Positions 8,653-13,984 of a stretch of 13,984 nucleotides of DNA are shown piece by piece. Within the stretch, counting starts at the first letter, position 1, and every line of letters starts with the position of its first letter. Origin of the DNA: Octopus sinensis (lineage: Eukaryota). Location: positions 1 through 13,984 of the forward strand of contig NW_021825955.1 in assembly GCF_006345805.1 (NCBI RefSeq). Direction: 5' to 3'. Made by a program: the position numbers and the translations under genes. The notes beneath the pieces were generated by a model. It was not told the origin of the DNA. It ran no database searches and saw only the letters and a list, made by a program, of their open reading frames with translations.

Positions 8653-9335
8653 ATACGGTCGGTAGAAAGTCAAATCAGGTACTCTGTACAGGGTTAGCTG
8701 AATGATGCTGGTTTAATTGAGATGCACGAACAGTTTGCTCTTCATGTACCCGCTTTATTTTTTCTCTTCTTGACTCGAAGAAATTGTCGGACAGCGAATA
8801 TCGAGGAGCGACATGACAGCCGAGTCCATCGCGAACATTACTTTGCTACCTTGGTTTGGTAATTTTTATTTGTCTAGTGGTCTTCATGAAAAATGCTCTA
8901 TGATAGATATGATTGAAAAGCACAAAAAGAAATAAAGTGACACATTTCACTCTTCGGGGTAACCCTCATGAGATTCAAGTTTCATTTCGAAGTAAAGTAG
9001 ATGGGAAATATTGCTTCGTATAAATTCTTTCAAAGACAGGTGAGAAAGGTAAACATGACCAGAATAAATTAATTGGCTCCCAACATGAACCTCTAATCCG
9101 AGAAATGATAGCAGGGAGAGGACATTGGTTTTCGATATACAATATAAAATTGTATTTGTGAGATTCCTTGATCGACTGCAAGTGTCTGCCCTTCTCTTTT
9201 GAAGGAACTTTATTTTTTTTTTAAGTTTTATTATTTTTTGTTTTATTATTTCTCTAATTCGAGCCTACTCTAAGCTACTAAGAATGCGTGTGGCAACTTG
9301 TTTTTTGTTTTTGTTGTTGTTGTTGTTGTTATTAA

Positions 9336-9487
9336 GTTCTGAGTTCAGTTTTCGCTGTGGTTGACTTTACCTTTCATCCTTTCGGGGTCGATGATGCAAG
9401 TACCAATTGAACACTGGAAATTAATGTTATCGACTTATTCCACCCCACCACTCGCAATTTCTGGCCTTATGCCAAAATTTGAAATCA
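9336..9487 (+). mobile_element. Diverged 5'-truncated SINE family B fragment
   Basis: GTTCTGAGTTCAG...GTTGACTTTACCTTTCATCCTTTCGGGGTCGAT matches the family B body at 13744-13800. Confidence 0.8.
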
Positions 9488-9500
9488 TCATTATCATTAA

Positions 9501-9580
9501 TGTTGTTGTTGTTGTTTTTAGTAGGAGTAGTAGTGGTGGCGGTGATGGTGGTGGTGGTGGTGGTGGTAGTAGTAGTAGTG

Positions 9581-9620
<40 letters not shown>

Positions 9621-9630
9621 CAGTAGTAGC
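9501..9630. repeat. (GTT)n/(GGT)n/(AGT)n trinucleotide microsatellite
   Basis: Directly visible. Confidence 0.95.
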
Positions 9631-10567
9631 TTTTATCGTTCGTGAGGTGTAGAGTTTTGGCATGGCGGAGTTAATCCTTGTAAATGAGATATAAATGAAT
9701 AGGATGACAGATTTTGTTTCCTGATTAACGTACGACTGATACAATGTAACATGGCGAACTTCGTTGATGAAACATTGATGACATTAAAGAGCATGTGTGT
9801 CTCATTTTTTTTTTATGTTTTGCTTTTTTTTCCCCGTTTTATTTTAATACATTCTGTGTACTTCTTTTTCATTAATATTCTCTTTCTTTCTTTCAAAGAA
9901 AATCTCCTAAATTTAACATCCTTTTAACCCCCCTTCGTAAACTGTACACGTCCCTAAAAGGATATGTAGCTACTTTAACCTTAAATACCACCCTTTCAAT
10001 TAATTAAAAAAATAAAGGGGGAAAAAAAATCATGTTTTTATCAAGTTATTATAAATTTTTGTTTTTTTTTCGACATCATATAGGAAGGTGGTCCGTAAAC
10101 TAAGGATCGCCTAATTTTATTTTATTTTAATCATTATTTTCGGTTTATTTAATAAAAAAAATTTTGCCAGATAGGATTTAAGATTTTGAAGTTTTAAATT
10201 GACATGAACTTTATTTGAAAAAGAAATTAAATAGAAATTATTCGAAGCAATAATGTCTTGTTTTTGTATGAGATAGTTTGTTTTCTGTGTCAGCTATTTT
10301 CATATGTTCTTGAAATTTTGCTGTGATTGAAGCTTTTGTTGTTTTTATTGTTCTTGTTTACTTTGTTGTTTTCTTTTTCTTTTTTTTTTTAATGAAATGG
10401 TCTCTTTGGTAGAAGAGGAAAGCACTTGTCAAACTGGGACCGCGATCCAATTTGCGATATACTGCGGCAACTAATTTCTCGAGGCAGTAAATATTTCTAA
10501 ACAAAAAAAAACAAAAAATACCCCAGAAAGCGCATACATCAAAGTTATTCTAACTCTACAACTTCCC

Positions 10568-10623
<56 letters not shown>

Positions 10624-10680
10624 GTATATATATATATATATATATATACATATATGGTTGGCTATACACACACACACACA
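10568..10680. repeat. (TC)n, (TA)n, (CA)n microsatellites
   Basis: Directly visible. Confidence 0.95.
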
Positions 10681-10684
10681 AATG

Positions 10685-10897
10685 TTCTTTTATTCTTTTA
10701 TGTGTTTCAAGGCATTTGACTGCGGCCATGCTGGAGCATCACCTTTAGTCGAACGAATCGACCCCAGGACTTATTCTTTGAAAGCCTAGGACTTATCCTA
10801 TCGTTCTCTTTTGCTGAACCGCTAAGTTGCAGTGATGTAAAGACACCAACATCGCTTGTCAAGCGATGGGGGGGGGGAGCAAACACAGACACACCAG

Positions 10898-10941
<44 letters not shown>

Positions 10942-10984
10942 CAACGGGCTACTTGCAGTTTCCGTCTATCAAATCCACTCACAT
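10685..10984 (-). mobile_element. 5'-truncated SINE family C
   Basis: Reverse-complement match to 8331-8650 (TTTGACTGCGGCCATGCTGGAGCA...CAGTTTCCGTCTATCAAATCCACTCACA); the tRNA head is absent. Confidence 0.88.
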
Positions 10985-11196
10985 TCATACATACATACAT
11001 ACATGCATGCATACATACATATATGTATACATACATACATACATACATACATTCATACATACACACACACACACATACACATACATACATACATACATAC
11101 ATACATACATACATACATACATACATACATACATACATACATACGTACATACATACATACATATATACATACATACACACATACATACATACATAC
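10985..11196. repeat. (CATA)n microsatellite
   Basis: Directly visible. Confidence 0.95.
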
Positions 11197-11478
11197 CCAT
11201 GAAGAATATCTCTAATCATAAATTACTCAAAATTTCCATCAACACTTCCATCGTCTTCATTGTAAAACCAAGAAGAAAACTGCGTACTCGTTTAATCTGC
11301 TACAAAACAGGAGTTTAAAATCATTAAACTACATAAAAGAAGAAACTGGATGATACTGGAAATATTATGTCCGGATAAAAAAAGTTAGGGTGACACGGCT
11401 GGTAGGGCATGATCACGTATCTCTTATACCAGTACATTTGTAGCTTTATTTTCCAACGTATCTTATATCCTGCCTTTT

Positions 11479-11868
11479 GTGGAGGCGCAATGGCCCAGTG
11501 GTTAGGGCAGCGGACTCGCGGTCATAGGATCGCGGTTTCGATTCCCAGACCGGGCGTTGTGAGTGTTTATTGAGTGAAAACACCTAAAAGTTCCACGAGG
11601 CTCCGGCAGGGGATGGTGGTGATCCCTGCTGTACTCTTTCACCACAACTTTCTCTCACTCTTACTTCCTGTTTCTGTTGTACCTGTATTTCAAAGGGGCC
11701 GGCCCTTGTCACTCTCTGTGTCACGCTGAATATCCCCGAGAACTACGTTAAGGGGTACACCGTGTCTGTTGAGTGCTCAGCCACTCACACGTTAATTTCA
11801 CGAGCAGGCTGTTCCGTTGATTCGGATCAACCGGAGCCCTCGTCGTCGTAACCGACGGAGTGCTTCCC
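11479..11868 (+). mobile_element. tRNA(Arg-like)-derived SINE, family A, tail type 2
   Basis: A box TGGCCCAGTGG 11491-11501, B box-like GTTTCGATTCC 11535-11545. Shares head and body with 1372-1555 up to CACAACTTTCTCTCACTCTT, then has an unrelated ~200-nt tail. No TSD found. Confidence 0.88.
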
Positions 11869-12126
11869 ATACCAAAGCTATAAATAAACGACGAGTTACC
11901 GTTAATGTTAGGATCGCTCTTCATTTTTCACTGTTATCCTTAGCCGTTATCGTTGTTCTGAATGATGTCGCCGCTGTTCTCATCATTTTCCTCGTTGTCA
12001 TCGATATCGTTATCGCCACACTCAACTTCATCGTCGTCGCCGTTCTCGCTTTATTTGTATTATTGTATACTTTGTATGCTTCCCTTTCCCCTCTTATTGC
12101 ACACTGTATATATTTCCTATATATAA

Positions 12127-12335
12127 CGGGAAGGTTTATGAAAATGAACAAAAGACGAAGGCAGGTGGAGTACAAACAAACAATTGTATTAGTATGGCGC
12201 TCAGGAATAGAAATAAAACAAGTCTTTAACGTTTCGAGCCTACGCTCTTCAACAGAAAGATACACAGAAAAGAAACACGGAGAGAAACAAGGAGAGAAAA
12301 AAATGCGTGCAGAAGCTAGCGAATCAACATGGCGA
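12127..12335 (-). mobile_element. 209-bp hammerhead-bearing non-coding element (Penelope pLTR-like or retrozyme-like)
   Basis: Flanked by the direct repeat TCCTATATATAA (12115-12126, 12336-12347; candidate TSD, partly low complexity). Second partial copy at 3548-3646. Contains a minimal hammerhead. Confidence 0.75.
12223..12260 (-). ncRNA. Minimal type I hammerhead ribozyme, core variant A6U, palindromic (dimer-type) stem III
   Basis: Minus strand TCTTT-CTGTTGA-A-GAGC(GTAG)GCTC-GAAA-CG-TT^AAAGA: 5-bp stem I, 4-bp stem II, loop-less stem III within the palindrome AACGTT, GUU triplet, cut between 12228 and 12227. Confidence 0.75.
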
Positions 12336-12338
12336 TCC

Positions 12339-12392
<54 letters not shown>

Positions 12393-12476
12393 GCATATAC
12401 ATACACACATACATAATACATACATACGTACGTCTGAATATATAAATTTATACACACACATACACACACGCATATA
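12339..12476. repeat. (TA)n/(CA)n/(CATA)n microsatellite field
   Basis: Directly visible. Confidence 0.93.
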
Positions 12477-12637
12477 TAAATTAAATAATAAGGGTAGAAA
12501 TTGATATTAATCAATTAAAACTAGTGACTTGGCATATTTAAAAAATCCGAAGATTAAAAATTGTGATACATACAAAATTAAGAGGAATGACCAATAAAGT
12601 GGACGGTGTCCACTTTAGTTCTCATTCCTATTAATTT

Positions 12638-12642
<5 letters not shown>
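12477..12642. repeat. TA-flanked repeat unit ending in a 73-nt fold-back hairpin (12570-12642)
   Basis: Arms ATACAAAATTAAGAGGAATGA / TCATTCCTATTAATTTTGTAT (21 bp, 1 mismatch) and inner TAAAGTGGAC-GGT-GTCCACTTTA (10 bp perfect). Confidence 0.8.
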
Positions 12643-12680
<38 letters not shown>

Positions 12681-12682
<2 letters not shown>

Positions 12683-12817
12683 TCTTTTACTCTTTTATTT
12701 GTTTCAGTCGTTTGACTGCGGCATGCTGGAGCACCGCCTTTAGTCGAGCAAATCGACCCCAGGACTTATTCTTTGTAAGCCTAGTACTTATTCTATACAA
12801 ACACAGACACACAAACA

Positions 12818-12883
<66 letters not shown>

Positions 12884-13049
12884 TACGACGGCTTCTTTCA
12901 GTTTCCGTCTACCAAATCCACTGACAAGGCATTGGTCTCTGCCCGGCGCTATAGCAGAAGACACTTACTCAAGATGCCACGCAATGGGACTGAACCCGAA
13001 CCATGTGGCTGGTTAGCAAGCTACTTACCACACAGCCACTCCTGCGCCT
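12681..13049 (-). mobile_element. SINE family C, both ends present, with ~80-bp internal deletion, inserted in (TA)n
   Basis: Reverse-complement match to 8211-8650. The segment GGTTCC...GGGGGGAC is missing at the junction TTATTCTAT/ACAAACACAG (~12796). (TA)n on both sides. Confidence 0.9.
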
Positions 13050-13086
13050 ATATATATATATATATATACACACACATATATATAAC

Positions 13087-13118
<32 letters not shown>

Positions 13119-13135
13119 TATATATTATATATATA
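13050..13135. repeat. (TA)n microsatellite field
   Basis: Directly visible. Confidence 0.95.
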
Positions 13136-13490
13136 TTCCTCATTCCATTATGTTTAAAACTCCATACTTGATGTCTGTCTTAGTATTGTCCTCCTCTTCC
13201 TTCACCCTACTAGCAAATAAAAGAAATTATAATTCATTATTATTATCATTGTTGTTGTTGTTCCTTAAATCACTGGCCTGGCAGTGCTAGCAGCGAGCAT
13301 AGCCTGTTCGAGATAAACACAACAGTCACAGAAGTTCGCGGAGCGACGAAACCGTTCTGTGCGCACTCGTCCCGGTGCGCGAGCATCGCTGACCTGCGAT
13401 TTTATGCCGAACACCTGTGTTTACGTGTGACATGGATCCGATAATCAACTGAATCCATCGTGAATGTCTCACTACCTTTTTTTTTTTTTA

Positions 13491-13973
13491 AATCGGGAAG
13501 AGCAGGCTGTCTTTATATGTTTGGTGGCCTTGGCCAAAATGATTTTATGGTGGACGGGATTGAAGTGGCTGAAGACTAACGCTTTTATCTTTGGCCAATC
13601 TCTGATCAACTTCTTCAAGTTTCGATTGAAAAGGAAAATAAGCGTGGATAGAGAAGCGCTGCCTTCTAGCTATTAAGGCGGCGAGCTGGCAGAATCGTTA
13701 GCACGCCGGCCGAAATGCTTAGCAGTATTTCGTCTGCCGCTACGTTCTGAGTTCAAATTCCGCCGAGGTCGACTTTGCCTTTCATCCTTTCGGGGTCGAT
13801 AAATTAAATACCAGTTACGCACTGGGGTCGATATAATCGACTTAATCCGTTTGTCTGTCCTCCCTGTGTTTAGCCCCTTGTGGGTAGTAAAGAAATTTAT
13901 TTTATTGAAAGATGGATGGGAGTGGGGTGCAATGATTCGAGCGAACGGGCTTGCCCTGAGCTTACGCCTGTAA
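13491..13973 (+). mobile_element. 3' fragment of a Tx1/L1-like LINE ORF2 (C-terminus after the zinc knuckle), interrupted by a SINE
   Basis: NREEQAVFICLVALAKMILWWT...INFFKFRLKRKISVDREALPSSY, then after removing the SINE and one TATT copy the frame continues in phase as FIERWMGV, and after a +1 shift as AMIRANGLALSLRL* (stop 13971-13973). LVALAK..W and F..RW resemble the Tx1 C-terminus (recall-based). Confidence 0.55.
13675..13897 (+). mobile_element. Full-length tRNA-derived SINE family B (tail type 2)
   Basis: A box-like TGGCAGAATCG 13687-13697, B box-like GAGTTCAAATTCC 13749-13761, central CTTTGCCTTTCATCCTTTCGGGGTCGATAAA domain (Meta/MESC-like by recall), and 4-bp TSD TATT (13671-13674, 13898-13901). 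Confidence 0.9.
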
Positions 13974-13984
13974 ATTGTATATAA

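Noticed and set aside
11817-12347. 176-aa ORF with a hydrophobic, membrane-like stretch
   Set aside because: It is a chimera of a SINE tail, degenerate (TCG/TCA)n low-complexity DNA and the antisense of the hammerhead element.
3258-13290. Many 60-190 aa ORFs rich in YI/HT/CV/T/V/P
   Set aside because: They are translations of (TA)n, (CATA)n, (TG)n and (ACC)n microsatellites or of SINE sequence, with no coding signature.
13569-13575. CTGAAGA core-like heptamer (similar isolated CTGAGGA at 334, 558 and 1306)
   Set aside because: No stem II/GAAA/stem III downstream, and all lie within LINE coding remnants.

Overview
AT-rich, microsatellite-dense, non-genic (intergenic or intronic) eukaryotic DNA. 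The SINE families are ones I recognise from Octopus genomes, so a coleoid cephalopod origin is inferred, not proven. No intact host gene is supported, and almost all ORFs in the track are artefacts of simple repeats. Mobile-element content: a decayed HERO-type (RLE-endonuclease) non-LTR retrotransposon (1-1330), a Tx1/L1-like ORF2 C-terminal remnant split by a SINE (13491-13973), three tRNA-derived SINE families (nine copies or fragments, including a SINE dimer nested inside a copy of its own family), a mariner-type MITE, and a non-autonomous Helitron. The most interesting signal is a set of short non-coding units in (TA)n tracts. One carries a complete type I hammerhead ribozyme (2830-2894, +). 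One carries a minimal, dimer-type hammerhead with an unusual A6U core (12223-12260, -). One may carry a decayed hammerhead (3260-3303). A second copy of the A6U family stops 6 nt from the predicted self-cleavage site, and two other TA-flanked units show fold-back (inverted) ends. Together these suggest microsatellite-targeting, ribozyme-processed retroelements of Penelope-pLTR or retrozyme type.
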